Source: Octopus sinensis (lineage: Eukaryota). From it: a DNA stretch of 64,000 nt. The DNA is taken from NCBI RefSeq assembly GCF_006345805.1, contig NC_043015.1, forward strand, positions 48,422,001 to 48,486,000, written 5' to 3'. The position numbers were made by a program, and so were the translations under genes. Every line of letters begins with the position of its first letter. Positions within the stretch are counted from its first letter, which is position 1. The notes below the pieces were generated by a model. It worked only from the letters and a program-made list of their open reading frames with translations, was not told the DNA's origin and did not search any database. Positions 24,880-38,328 of this stretch are shown here, in pieces.

Positions 24880-26330
24880 CATAAGACTTCAGTATTCATC
24901 TGTGGGTACTGGTGTTGTTTGCGCAGCAATTAATTACTGCAAGGTATATATGGCCAGGAATTAATCATACTGCACAGCTGTGGGTGTGGTACTTCTTGAA
25001 ATGTTATCATGCAAAAATTAACCAAGATGTGAAATCATCCCCTGACATGTTTGTTACACCAGATGCTAGGCTCCATCACATAGGCAGTGATTTGATTGGA
25101 TCCTTTGTCCCTTCGGAAAATTGCTTCTATTTGATGGCTTGTGCAGACCCCTGACATGTGTGGACATGTTGACATGACCAGGTTTTCTTCCCATCACAGA
25201 TATATCAGTGGAAACAGTAGCATGAGCTTTATCTACAAAATTGGATTTTTCAGTTTGGTTTCCTTCTATTTATTTCTTTACTACCCACAAGGGGCTAAAC
25301 ACAGAGGGGACAAACAAATTAAGTCGATTACATCGACCCTAGTGCGTAAATGGTACTTAATTTATCGACCCCAAAAGGACGAAAGGCAAAGTCGACCTCG
25401 GCGGAATTTGAACTCAGAACGTAATGGCAGACGAAATACAGATACACCTTTCTCCCGGCATGCTAACGGTTCTGCCAGCTCGCCGCCTTCTATTGCCACA
25501 CACAGCCTAGGCTTGCAGTTAGGATCTACTCTTTTCACTGCACTCACAGACCTTGGATATCAACATATATGTTCTACCGCCTGAGGCCAATGAAATGGTC
25601 AACAGGTTTCCATCAACAACTGAAGGCTGCTCTTTGTGCACAACATAACCCTGACCATTGGCATGAGCTTGTTCCCATTGTTTTACATTTTATTTATTTA
25701 TTTATTTATTTTTACTTGATTCAGTCATTTTGGCTGCAGCCATGCTGGAGCACCGCCTTTAATCGAGCAACTCAACCCTGGGACTTATTCTTTTGTAAGC
25801 CCAGTACTTATTCTATCGGTCTCTTTTGCCGAACCGCTAAGTAACGGGGACATAAACACACCAGCATCGGTTGTCAAGCAATGCTAGGGGGACAAACACA
25901 GACACACAAACATACACGCACATACATATATATACATATATACGACGGGCTTCTGTCAGTTTCCGTCTACCAAATCCACTCACAAGGCATTGGTCGGCCC
26001 GAGGCTATAGTAGAAGACAACTTGCCCAAGGTTCCACGCAGTGGGACTGAACCCGGAACCATGTGGTTGGTAAACAAGCTACTTACCACACAGCCACTCC
26101 TGTGCCTACATGGTTTACTTGCAACGATAAATGCTGAGACAAGTTGTACAACTGGTATATGGAACTGCACTTAGGCCACTTGGACACTAAGTCACCCATA
26201 ACTCAGAAATTACGCCACAAGATCCAACTATACATTTTGACCGACACAACACACGTCAGGTATCTCTTCAATCGGTCCACATCAAAGTATTTCAATGGCA
26301 CCAAAAGAACTGAGAAGACTCATTCATGCT
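24880..26330 (+). pseudogene. Gypsy-type integrase fossil split by SINE-B and SINE-A insertions
   Basis: QQLITARYIWPGI...FVTPDARLHHIGSDLIGSF...YLMAC, then ...GFHQQLKAALCAQHNPDHWHELVPIVL, then LVYGTALRPLG. Confidence 0.75.
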
Positions 26331-29300
26331 TTTGTATGAGTCTTTCAGCAAAGCACTTCAACCATCATACCAAGGGCTGTATAAAGTTGCACATAATGTC
26401 CCAAACATTGCATCTTTATTTTTTTTTATTAAATTTGCCACAAGGGCAGCACACAGAGAGAAGCTTGCGGGCTCGACACAGACATTAATGGGATGAATGA
26501 TAATGATACAAGGATGATAAGGATGGGAGAAGATGAAAAGCGCCCACCGACTTTCGCTTCTCTAAAACATTGTTCTTTTTTTCCTTTTTTAAGCACAATG
26601 AGGTGATAAACCTCTTGAATATTGCATCATATTCATCAAAGGCCAGCATCAGACTTGACCATTTGACCATTTGAAAATAATATTTTTTATGGAGGACAAG
26701 CTTCTACAAACAATAACTCTGAGCACCTTTTCAAACTCCACCCATGTAACACCCGTGGACATATTTACAAAGTCAGAAAACAGCAGAGCTCCCATGACTT
26801 TCAAAAACATTTTTTCACGCTGAGAGTTGCTGAAGCATGGAACAAACTGCCGGCATCAGTTGTTAGTTGTCGGAGCACTGCATCCTTCAAAACTTCCATG
26901 CTTTCTGAGATTCGCCAACACCACACCTGATTTTCTCCCCTCCATACACACACAAGCATGTATCTGACTCATACATTGTTCGCTTTCCAGACATTTCTAC
27001 ATTACTGCATGTACTTTATACGCACTTTCTGACAAGTTGTGGTGCACCTGAGCACTGTATACAATAATTTCATCATTATTATTATTATTATTATTATTTC
27101 TTCTCCTTGTTTGAGGAACTGTTAGCAAGAAAGATTAATTGGAGCTTCTCATGCATCTCAAGCTGAACTGGAATGGACCACAAGGTCAAGGCATCACATT
27201 CACAGGCCCAAATGTTTCTTACATTACACAGATTATGTTCAAGGGCAATGAAACTAATTTTCAGTTTGAATATTCATACTCACATTTTCTTTTTATTATC
27301 TTGGATTCTGTGAAACTTTGATTCTTAGGTGGTGTTCATGTAGTGACTTAGCACTGACTATAATGTCACCAGTTACAAACGCCTCATTGCTCAATCAAAT
27401 TAAATATGATAAAGTCATCGATTTGACTAAGAGTCTTGCTGTTTGGTGGGTTCCACTATCAAGCATTTAGTTTGTCAGTCATTAATCTTTTCTTTGACAT
27501 CTCACTGATCGTTGTCCATCAGTCACAGTTTTCCTCCACCAAACACTAAATAGGGAGATTTTGCCTGTCTATTAGAGAACCACACACCATTTAGCTGAAT
27601 CCATGTCTCATGTTCTCTCAACCATTCATACAACATTTTCTCTATAAGTATATTTTGTAGCTATTTCATGCACACACACGAAAAACATATTATTTCACGA
27701 AGATTTTCAACACACTTCTCTTTGAATGAATAATTTTACCTGCCATGCCAATTTTTATTTTCCTTTTCGATATTTTATCCACTAGGACATATTTTTCTCT
27801 TTTTTGTTCCTTACCTGCCACATTTAACTTTTTATTTTATTTCTTAAATGAAGGCGGCGAGCTGGCAGAAACATTATCTCGCCGGGCGAAATGCTTAGTG
27901 GTATTTCGTCTGTCGCTACGTTCTGAGTTCAAATTCTGCCGAGGTCGACTTTACCTTTCATCCTTTCGGGGTCGATTAAATAAGTACCAGTTACGCACTG
28001 GGGTCGATATAATCGACTTAATCCGTTTGTCTGTCCTTGTTTGTCCTCTCTGTTTTTATCCCCTTGTGGGTAGTAAATAAATAGGTATTTTGTCTGCCTT
28101 TGCATTCTGAGTTCAAATTCTGTCACGGTCGACTTTGCCCTTAATTTTTTGGGGGTTGATAAAATAGATACCACTCAAACACTGGGGTCAATCAAGATAA
28201 CTTACTAGCTCCCCCAAAATTGCTGGCCTAGTGCCAAAATCTGAAATCAATATTATTTCTTAAATTAAGGCAGTGAGCTGGCAGAATTGTTAGCATGGTA
28301 AGCGCAATACTTAGCAGCCTTTCACCTGGCTTTATGTTCTGAGTTCAAATTTGGAGCTGATAAAATAATTACCAGTTGAATACTGAGGTTGATGTAATCG
28401 ACTTATTCTTCTCCCTAAATTGCTGGCCTTGTACCAAAATTTGAAACCTATATTATTTCTTACATTAAGGCAGTGAACTGGCTTAGCAGAATTTTATCTG
28501 TCTCTGCATTCTGAGTTCAAACTCCACAAGGTTAACTTTGCCTTTTATTCTTTCAAGGTCGATAAAATAGTACCAGTCAAAAACTGGGGTTGATGTAATT
28601 GACTACTCTTTACTCTCTCTTTCACTCTTTTACTTGTTTCAGTCATTTGACTGTGGCCATGCTGGAGCACTGCATTTAATCGAGCAACTCGACCCCAGGA
28701 CTTATTCTTTTGTAAGCCCAGTACTTATTCTATCGGTCTCTTTTGCCAAACCGCTAAGTAACGGGGACATAAACACACCAGCATCGGTTGTCAAGTAATG
28801 CTAGGGGGACAAACACACACACGCATATATATATATACATATATACGACGGGCTTCTTTCAGTTTCCGTCTACCAAATCCACTCACAAGGCTTTGGTCGG
28901 CCCAAGGCTATAGTAGAAGACACTTGCCCAAGGTGCCACGCAGTGGAACTGAACCCGGAACCATGTGGTTGGTAAACAAGCTACTTACCACACAGCCACT
29001 CCTGTGCCCACTTCCTCAAAATTTCAAACCTTGTGCCTATAGTGGAAAGGAATATTATTTCTTACATTACATTAGATATCTGGCCAGTTTCAACATAAAA
29101 CAGGTAGAGTATTTTGGTTGGCTACAGGCAGTTTAACCCTTTAAATACCAACCCAGCTGAAACCACATCTGGCTTTGTAGTACAAAGTTCCAAATTAAAA
29201 TCTTCCACCAACCCTTATTCAGAATTTATGTTAACACTAGCTTAATGATAACTAAGTTATTTTACTAAATTCTTTGTTATATTTAAAATTAATTGAAAGA

Positions 29301-30484
29301 AACAGTAACAAAAGGGTTAAAATATCTATTCTTTTATCCTTTTACTTTTTTCAGATATTTGACTGCAGCCATACTGGAGCACCACCTTTAGTTGAATAAA
29401 TCAACCCCAGGACTTATTCTTTGTTAGCCTAGTACTTATTCTATCGGTCTGTTTTGCTGAACTGCTAAGTGACAGGAACATAAACACACCAACATCGGTT
29501 GTCAAGCAATGGTGGAGAGACAAACACACGCACACACACACACACACATACGATAGGTTTCTTTCAGTTTCTGTCCACCAAATCCACTCACAAGGCTTTG
29601 GTCGGCCTGCAGCTATAGTAGAAGACAGTTGCCCAAGGTACCACGCAGTGGGACTGAACACGGGACCATGTGGTTAGTAAACAAGCTACTTACCACACAG
29701 CCACTCTTGCGCCTATATAATAGAGAAATAATTCTTAAATACTAACAAGCTGAAGATTTATTTTAAGTGTCAACTTTAAAAGTTTGACATTTCATAGAAA
29801 ACATTAATTATTTTTGTTATGTTTTACTTATTAATTAATTCTTTATGATTTTTGGCACAATTTTTAGTCATTCTGAGAGGAGCGGAAAATCAATTACATC
29901 AACCCCAGTGCTCAATTGGTACTTATTTTATCAACCTTGAAAAGATGAAGGGCAAAGTCAACCTTGGCGGAATTTGAACTCGGAATATAAAGAGCGGGAA
30001 GAAATGAAGCTAAGCATATTGTCTGGTGCGCTAATGATTCTGCCAGCTTGATGTCTTATCTTACTTTCTAATTAATGTAATTAGTCCACAATACACTGTA
30101 AGTAACATAGGTCTAGTTTCCTTGTTTCTCCAATGCTCTCTTTCTTAAAGGATCTTTGTCTTACAATTTACTTGGTAACCTCACCAGTGCTGGTGCATCC
30201 AGTCCACACTCTAAAGTGGTTGGCATTTGGAAGGGCACCCAACTACAAAAGAACATGCCAAAACAGGCCTTGCTGGTGCTGGTGCCGTGTAAAAAGCACT
30301 CAATCCACTCTGTGGGGTGGTTTGTATTAGGAAGGGCATCCTGCCATAAAAATCCCTGCCAAAACAGACAGTGAAGCCTAGTGCAGTCTTCTGCCTAGTC
30401 AGCCCCAGTCAAACTGTCCAACTCATGCTACCATGGAAATCAGATGTTAAATAATGATGTTATGTGTGTGTGTGTGTGTGTATA

Positions 30485-32017
30485 CAAGGTGCAATGGATA
30501 AATTGTTGCCATTCTATATATTTAATTTTGCGCATGTGCATTGTTTGCTTTTGATTTTGTTGACTACACAGTATAGTAGGGTCAGTTGGGCACTGTCTGT
30601 GAGAAAAAGAGCACAATTGACGCAATTCACTCTGCCAGAAATTTGGAAACGACATGCTGTACTGCTTGGCATTCATGCTGGAAGCTCCAATATGAACATT
30701 TCAGAGTGTTTGGGTGTCAATCTGAGGACAGTGAAGAGGATTCGGAAAGAGTTGGATGAGTCTAATGGTGATTACGAAGGTACAGCAGCTTGGAAAACTC
30801 ACTCTGATCATTCTGATAAGAAAAGAACTTCCGATTTTGCTGGTGAGATCCAGGCCATGAGTGGCAATGATCCCTCCATGTCAATCAGGTCCATCGCCAG
30901 GGATATGGGAGTGTCTGAGTTTCTTATCAGGCAGGTAGTGCATGAAGACATTTGGTATTCCTCATACAAGATGAGAAAGGGCCAATTTTTATCCCAAGCC
31001 ATCAAGGACAAGAGGAAAGACTGCGCTATGAAGCTTTTGAACAAACTCAAGCATCCCCTCCAACTGAACCTATTTCTTTACTACCCACAAGGGGCTAAAC
31101 ACAGAGGGGACAAACGGATTAAGTCGATTACATCGACCCCAGTGCGTAACTGGTACTTAATTAATCAACCTCGAAAGGATGAAAGGTAAAGTCGACCTCG
31201 GCGGAATTTGAACCCAGAACGTAGCGACAGACGAAATACCATTAAGCATTTCGCCCGGCGAGATAACGTTCCTGCCAGCTCGTTGCCTCCAACTGAACCT
31301 GCTTTGGTTTTCCTCAGATGAGAAAAATTTCTGCTAGGATCAGATGGTGAACACACACAACAACCATTGGCTTGCCATGTTCCCAAAACATGTACTGAGA
31401 ATGAAAAAGTCAAACATCCAGTCAACATCATGGTGTTTGAAGTTATCACTAGTGATGGCAACATTATGCCTCCATTCATCTTCCTACATGGCTTCAAACT
31501 CAACATGGAGGCCTACCCAAGTGCCTGGAGGTGGTAGTGCTGCTCTGGGTCAAGAGGGTGGCTGCTGGAAGACCCTGTGTCTAGCAATAGGACTCTGCAC
31601 CATGCTACATAAGCAGGAGAACCCAGTCATGACTGTCAGACAATTTCTGCAACCACATCATGCCTAACATCTGGCCACCTAACTCCCCAGACTGAAACCT
31701 CCTTGATTATTATGTGTTGGGTGCATTTGAGCTAGAGACCAATAAAACTCCTTGTAACACCAAAGATGAACTGAAGGCAAGGATTATGGCAGCATCTACC
31801 AACTTAAAAACAAGGTGACTATCCAGAAAAGTTGCAGGAGATACCAAAGTCATATGGAGGCCGTTACTGAAGCCAATGGCAATTTTATTAAATAAAATTA
31901 CTCTTTAGTATTTCAAGATATTCTAATGTAATTTTGGTAAATACATCTATTAAAATGAGATGTCAGTGTTATTTTAATTTTTGTGTAATATAGATGACAA
32001 TATATTCACAGCACCTG
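30485..32017 (+). mobile_element. Degenerate maT/mori-type (DD37D) Tc1/mariner element interrupted by a SINE-B
   Basis: Imperfect TIRs CA(A)GGTGC. HTH region ...SIRSIARDMGVSEFLIRQVVHEDI..., then SDEK, and DSAPCY...WPPNSPD*NLLDYY with 37 residues between the 2nd and 3rd aspartates. Confidence 0.85.
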
Positions 32018-32322
32018 TGTGTGTGTATGTGTGTGTGTATTCTTTTACTTGTTTCAGTCATTTGGAGCACCGTCTTTAGTCGAACAAATCGACCCCAAGA
32101 CTTATTCTTTGTAAGCCTAGTACTTAATTTATTGGTCCACTTTTGCTGAACTGCTAAGTGACGAAGGTTTTTATAGTATATTTTTTCACTATTGAATTGC
32201 TAAATAGAGGTTTTTCTCTATATTATATACATATATTGTATATTGTGAAATTTAATTTAGAATTGCTAAATTGAATTTTTCCTGTAAGTTTGGAATTATA
32301 TTCCCTACTACTGTTATTATTA

Positions 32323-32357
<35 letters not shown>

Positions 32358-32565
32358 TTCTCCCTGGACGTGACACCAGTCCATTGCAGGATTACTTATT
32401 TTTATCAGCTGAGTGGATTGGAGCAATTTGAAATTTAGCTATTTGCTCAAAAAAGTATAATGTATCATCTGATCCAGGAATTGAAACCAACACCCTGACC
32501 ACTACACCATGTGCCTCCACTTTTAATTGATATGAAGGGAAGAAATTCAAGAAACTAATACTTAC

Positions 32566-32884
32566 ACACCATGTTTGGAATGGAACCTTGTTCAATAAAA
32601 AACTGAACCAATTCAGCCGAACCAACAAAAGATGCACATATCAAAGCATGGCTATATTCACACATTGTCAAGTTTAAATTACTTCCTGCCTGGGTCAGTA
32701 AAAATATCATAGATTGGATATTGGGATCAATGATAGGAGCAACTCCAGTTGCCTGTTTTACCGGGATATTTTCAAGGATACAGTTTGTGAGGGGAATCTT
32801 GCCAGACCTGTCAGCCATATTAGGGTCGGCTCCGGCTTGAAGGAGGATTTCAACAACATCGACATGTTTGGTGAGCACAGCCAA
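32566..32884 (-). CDS. ASB-type gene, shared exon C (319 nt, ankyrin repeats)
   Basis: Acceptor ttttttaatttccag|TTG (phase 0). Translation LAVLTKHVDVVEILLQAGADPN...GSAELVQFFIEQGSIPNMV. Donor T|GTAAGT (phase 1). Confidence 0.92.
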
Positions 32885-32983
32885 CTGGAAATTAAAAAAA
32901 CAAAAAAACAAATAAAGGAAAGTTATTAAAACATGTTGATGTGTTTTAAAATGTTTACCTTTTTCTGTATAGATGACTAGCAC

Positions 32984-32993
32984 TCATCATCAG

Positions 32994-33026
<33 letters not shown>

Positions 33027-33345
33027 CTGCCATCATCATCATTGCCGCCATCATCATCATCATCACCATCATCATCACATCATCATCATCATCATCACCA
33101 TCATCATCACCATCATCACAATCATCATCATTGCCATCGTTGTCGTCGTCATTGTCGTCATCATCATCACCACAATCATCATCATTGCCATCGTTGTCGT
33201 CGTCGTCATCACCATCATCATCATCATCACCATCATCATCACAACCATCATCATTGACATCGTTGTCGTCGTCGTCGTCATCATCATCATCATCATCATC
33301 ATCATCACCACCACCACCACCACCACCATCATCATCAATCAATCA
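32984..33345. repeat. Long compound (ATC)n/(GTC)n/(ACC)n microsatellite about 100 bp upstream of the exon C acceptor
   Basis: Directly visible and continuous with the tail of an RTE fragment. Confidence 0.95.
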
Positions 33346-34954
33346 ATCAATCAATCATTTCAATGTCCACTTTTCCATGCTGGAATGGGTCAAACAGAAT
33401 TTGTCGAGGCAGATTTTCTATGGCCAGATGCTCTTCTCTTTGCCATCCCACACTTGTTTCCAAGCAAGGCCAGACATGTTTTAACAGAAGATTAGAAATG
33501 AAGGACACACTTGTATGATAGTGACACTTGCTTACAACTATCATGTGATGTCAAGGCAAGGAGGCAGTAAAACACACACACACACACACACACACACATT
33601 ATGGCCTAATAATCTATTTGTTTTATGTTCATACTGACCAGATCTGACCTCTCACACTTACCAAACAATGTCGTTCTAGAAATATACAATCACATCATCG
33701 AAATTTCAAAGCTATGAGATAATGCATGAGTCATTCAAAACAATGTGAATAAATAAGTTTTACTTTTGATAGAGTAATGTGAATGCTTAAGGGTTTAATA
33801 AAGGGAGACACACTCTCTCTCTCTCTCTCTCTCTTTTACTTGTTTCAGTCATCTGACTGCGGCCATGCTGGAGCACCACCTTTAATCGAGCAACTCGACC
33901 ACGGGACTTATTCTTTTGTAAGCCCAGTACTTATTCTATCGGTCTCTTTTGCCGAACCGCTAAGTAACGGAGACATAAACACACCAGCATCGGTTGTCAA
34001 GCAATGCTAGGGGACAAACACAGACACACAAACACACATGCACATATATATATACATACATATATACGACGAGTTTCTTTCAGTTTCCGTCTACCAAATC
34101 CACTCACAAGGCTTTGGTTGGCCCGAGGCTATAGTAGAAGACAACTTGCCCAAGGTGCCACACAGTGGGACTGAACCCGGAACCATGTGGTTGGTAAACA
34201 AGTTACTTACCGCACAGCCACTCCTGTGCCTTGTGTTTATTCAATCAATTATGTTTTGGCACCACTGACAGGACACAAAACCTGTTTGGCAATGAATGTT
34301 TTGGTAATAAGAACGTTTCTCACATGGTAAACTCATATTTATACAATGTCTGGTGTGTGTGTGTGTGTTATAAATGCAGTTTTTTTATTTCACATTTCAT
34401 ACTCACTGTTTTGTTTAATTTTATTTCTGGAACACTTTGATATTTGAATAAAAACCTAGCAAAAGCAACAGATTAGTATTTTAACAATGTTAAATTTTTT
34501 TTAAATACGTGTCCTGCCTATATTTTTAGCAATGTCTAAGGTGCTCTAAATAACTCTTATAATTCTCAAGGCTGTCTACATCCAACATGGTCTGGAAATC
34601 TTCCAGCTGTTATATGCACAATAAAAACCTGGTAGAGATATCTAAAATTCCTACAAAGATTATCCTAAAGATTTATGAATTTCCAATGGACCTACTGTAA
34701 ATAAAGATGTCCATCATATCTTTAATTTTTTACTTGTTTCACTGATTAGACTCTGGTCATACTGGGGCACCACTTTGAAGAAATTTTTAGTCGAATGAAT
34801 CAACCTCGGCACTTATTTTTTTTAAGCCTGGTACTTATTCAGTCTCTTTTGCTGAACCACTAAGTTATGGAGACATAAACAACACCAGCTGTCAAGTGGT
34901 GGGGAGGACAAACACAGACACCAAGACACACACAGACAGACAGACAGACAGACA

Positions 34955-34993
<39 letters not shown>

Positions 34994-35180
34994 GCGCACA
35001 CTTACATATGACAATTTTGTTTCAGTTTCCATCTACCAAATCCACACACAAGGCTTTGGTCGGCTTGAGGCTATAGTAGAAGACACATGCCCAAGGTGCC
35101 ATGCAGTGGGACTGAACCCAGAACCATGTGGTTGGGAAGCAACCTTCTTACCACAAAGCTATGCTTGCACCTATATTTAA

Positions 35181-35398
35181 CCCTTTCGTTACTGTATTTA
35201 TTTTGAGATGTTCTGTGTTTCTTTCAATTATTTTAGATATAACAAAGAATTTAGTAAAATAACTTCGTTATCATTAAGCTAGTGTTAGGAACATAAATTG
35301 TGACTAAGGTTTGGAGGAAGATTTTAATTCAAAATTTATAACAAGACATTTGTACTATAGAACCAGAGCCAGTTTCAGCTGGGTTGGTAACGAAAGGG
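35181..35398. mobile_element. TTAA-target (piggyBac-like) MITE
   Basis: TTAA|CCCTTTCGTTAC ... GTAACGAAAGGG|TTAA. Relatives lie at 29137-29316, about 37213-37440 and about 44982-45170. Confidence 0.8.
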
Positions 35399-35819
35399 TT
35401 AAGGATCAAAGGTAAAAATAAGTGAAAATTGTAAAATAGCATGGGTGGTATAATATTTTACAGTGCCATCCAACTCTCAACATATAAAGGATTTTTGGAG
35501 GTGGGTAGAGGGGTTGCACCTTCAAATTTCAACAAAATTAAAAGTTTAAACAGGAATTTGACATTCTCCACAACAGCATGAAATAACTTTTGTCAAGCCA
35601 ATTAATTGTATTTTTTATCGTTTACTTGTTTCAGTCATTAGACTGCAGCCATGTTTGGGCACTGTCTTGAAGAATTTAAGTTCAGTAATTATTAATTTTA
35701 TTATAATTATTATTAGTATTTTTTGTAAAAACTGGTACTCTCTCAGTCTCTTTTGCTGAACTGCTAAGGGATGTAAACACACCAATACTGGTGGTGGGGA
35801 ACAAGCACAGACAGAAAAT

Positions 35820-35853
<34 letters not shown>

Positions 35854-36779
35854 GACAAGTTTCTTTCAATTTCCATCTATCAAATCCTTAAATATTGGCT
35901 GAAGAAGCAGGTCGTTGTTGCTGGTTACATATTGCTTGCTCTCTTTACTCTTTTACTTGTTTCAGTCATTTGACTGCGGCCATGCTGGAGCACCGTCTTT
36001 AATCGAGCAACTTGACCCCGGGACTTATTCTTTTGTAAGCCTAGTACTTATTCTATCGGTCTCTTTTGCCGAACTGCTAGGTAACGGGGACATAAACACA
36101 CCAGCATCGGTTGTCAAGCAATGCTAAGGGGACAAACACAGACACAGAAACACACACACACATATATATATATACATATATACGATGGGATTCTTTCAGT
36201 TTCCATCTACCAAATCCACTCACAAGGCTTTGGTCAGCCCGAGGCTATAGTAGAAGACACTTGCTCAAGGTGCCACGCAGTGGGACTGAACCTGGAACTA
36301 TGTGGTTGGTAAACAAGCTACTTACCACACAGCCACTCCTGCTGTTGAGTATTTCCAATGATATCACATCTACACAATACTGCACATAAGGAATGCTCCA
36401 GCAGGCACCAACTCTACACAGTACAGTAAGGAATGCCCTGAAGGGTAACATCTCAATGTGGTACTATATAATGAGGAGTGCTCCCGATGGTACCATCTCT
36501 CCACAGTACTGCACAAGGAGTGGTCATATGGTACCATCTCTACACTAGACCATATGACAACAGAGGATTGGAGCAATATGAAATTTAGCTATTTGCTCAA
36601 AAAGTATAATGTATCACCTGATCCAGGAATTGAAACCAACACCCTGACCACTACACCATGTGCCTCCACTTTTAATTGATATGAAGGGAAGAAATTCAAG
36701 AAACTAATACTTACACACCATGTAGTCATTAAACCTGCTAAAATTAATTGCCTATTCTCCATCAAATGAAACCCCAGAC

Positions 36780-36965
36780 CATAACCCCAGCTCCAGACTC
36801 TAACCCTAACCCTAAATCCTAATCCTAACCTTAAACCCTAACCCCAAATGCTAATCCTGACCTTACCCCTAACCCTACTCCTAACCTAAAACCTTAATCC
36901 TAAAGCTTAAATCCTAACTCCAACCCTAAATTGAAACCCTGACCCTAACTCTAAACCTTAACCTT
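36780..36965. repeat. Degenerate (CCCTAA)n telomere-like tract
   Basis: ctaaccctaaccctaaatcctaatcctaaccttaaaccctaacccc... over about 190 bp. Confidence 0.75.
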
Positions 36966-37825
36966 CCATCGAATCAAATCCCTTCTTAAAAAGAAGAGCA
37001 ACACATTAGATAATCTAGTATTATATTGTGTGAAGGAAAAAACGTGGATGGTAATGACTGGGCGTCTTTTATCATAGGTCTGTTTAATCACAGATGAACT
37101 TAGGCCAAAGGAAACAACAACAAAAAAAGAAACTAACAAAACAGGTGTCAATGCAGGATGGCCCCTGTTTATAATTTAATGTGTTGTATTGCTTCTTGAG
37201 AGAACATTATTTTAACCCTTTAGTGTTTGCATTATTCTACCAAAATTAATGCTTCTTCATCCACATTGTTTTGAACTAATCATGGATTATCTTGAAGCTA
37301 TGAGAATTTGATGAGGTAACTGTTAACTTTTAAAACGATATTGTAGGGCTGGTGTGAGAGACCAGATGTGGCCAGTTTGAACATAAATCAGGCAGAATAC
37401 TTTTGGCCGGATATGGCCGGTTTAAAAGCTAATGAGTTAAGGATCATTTTCTCATGTTTATAAGTGGTTTTGGTTAGGAAGAGGGGATTCCCACAGGCCC
37501 CTTTGATGCTGGTGACACTGATATACAACTTGAATGTGTGTTGGTTAATGCCTACTGGGAATTTCAGAGCGTTTATCTTAAGGGCAGGAAAGTTGAGTTT
37601 GGTGGTTAATTCAGGGCCTTCTAGATGAGAAATGAGATTGTGTGAAGATGATATGTAACTAGTTAGTTGAAGCCTTTACTATAAAAGTAGGAGAATCAGA
37701 GTGAGGATTCAGTATGCCTGTGGGTTAGGCTTGGAGTTGCTAAGTCCTTGCTAATCAAACTGGTAGTTTTCCTACAAATGGTCTAAAAAGTTCTGTATGC
37801 ATTAATATCATCATCATCATCATCG

Positions 37826-38326
37826 TTTATGGAAAGATGAAATAAATGAAAGTGAATCTTCTGATGTTAACTATGAATCTTATGATGATGGAGATTTGCA
37901 CTGCATTGATGCTGACATGTTTACAGAGGAACAAATGGAACGGTTATTTGATGCTGAAAGTGACGTTGAATTTGAAGGATTTGAATAAATGTTTTTGCTT
38001 TTGTTTTTGTAACTGATAATGATAAATATGTAAAGGCAATTTACTTAATATTTATTTTTCATTGACGTTATTTCTGTTATTTCTTTATTTTCTGCAAACA
38101 AAATGTACAAAAATGCAACACGTTTGCATTATGTTATATATACAATAATAATAAAGGACGTTACCGTATACATTTTTACAAACCAAGGACGTTATATAGA
38201 CCTCCTTGACTCAAGTTAGAGAAGGGGTGCATATTATACACAAGGTTTAGGTTTTTCAGAGGTACAGCCCCCTAAAAATCCCCTGTGTATTATACTCAAG
38301 GGCGGACTATACTCGAGGATTTACGG
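37826..38326 (+). mobile_element. pogo/Tigger-like DNA transposon 3' end
   Basis: Acidic C-terminus ending ...DAESDVEFEGFE* and terminal ...TATACTCGAGGATTTACGG|TA. Confidence 0.6.
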
Positions 38327-38328
38327 TA

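Noticed and set aside
32973-33484. Poly-Asp, poly-His, poly-Ser and poly-Met ORFs
   Set aside because: These are translations of an (ATC)n microsatellite that lacks stops in several frames.
37440-37800. Possible Penelope reverse-transcriptase remnant (minus strand)
   Set aside because: There is only a faint LYISV...GAC similarity, which is not enough without an alignment.
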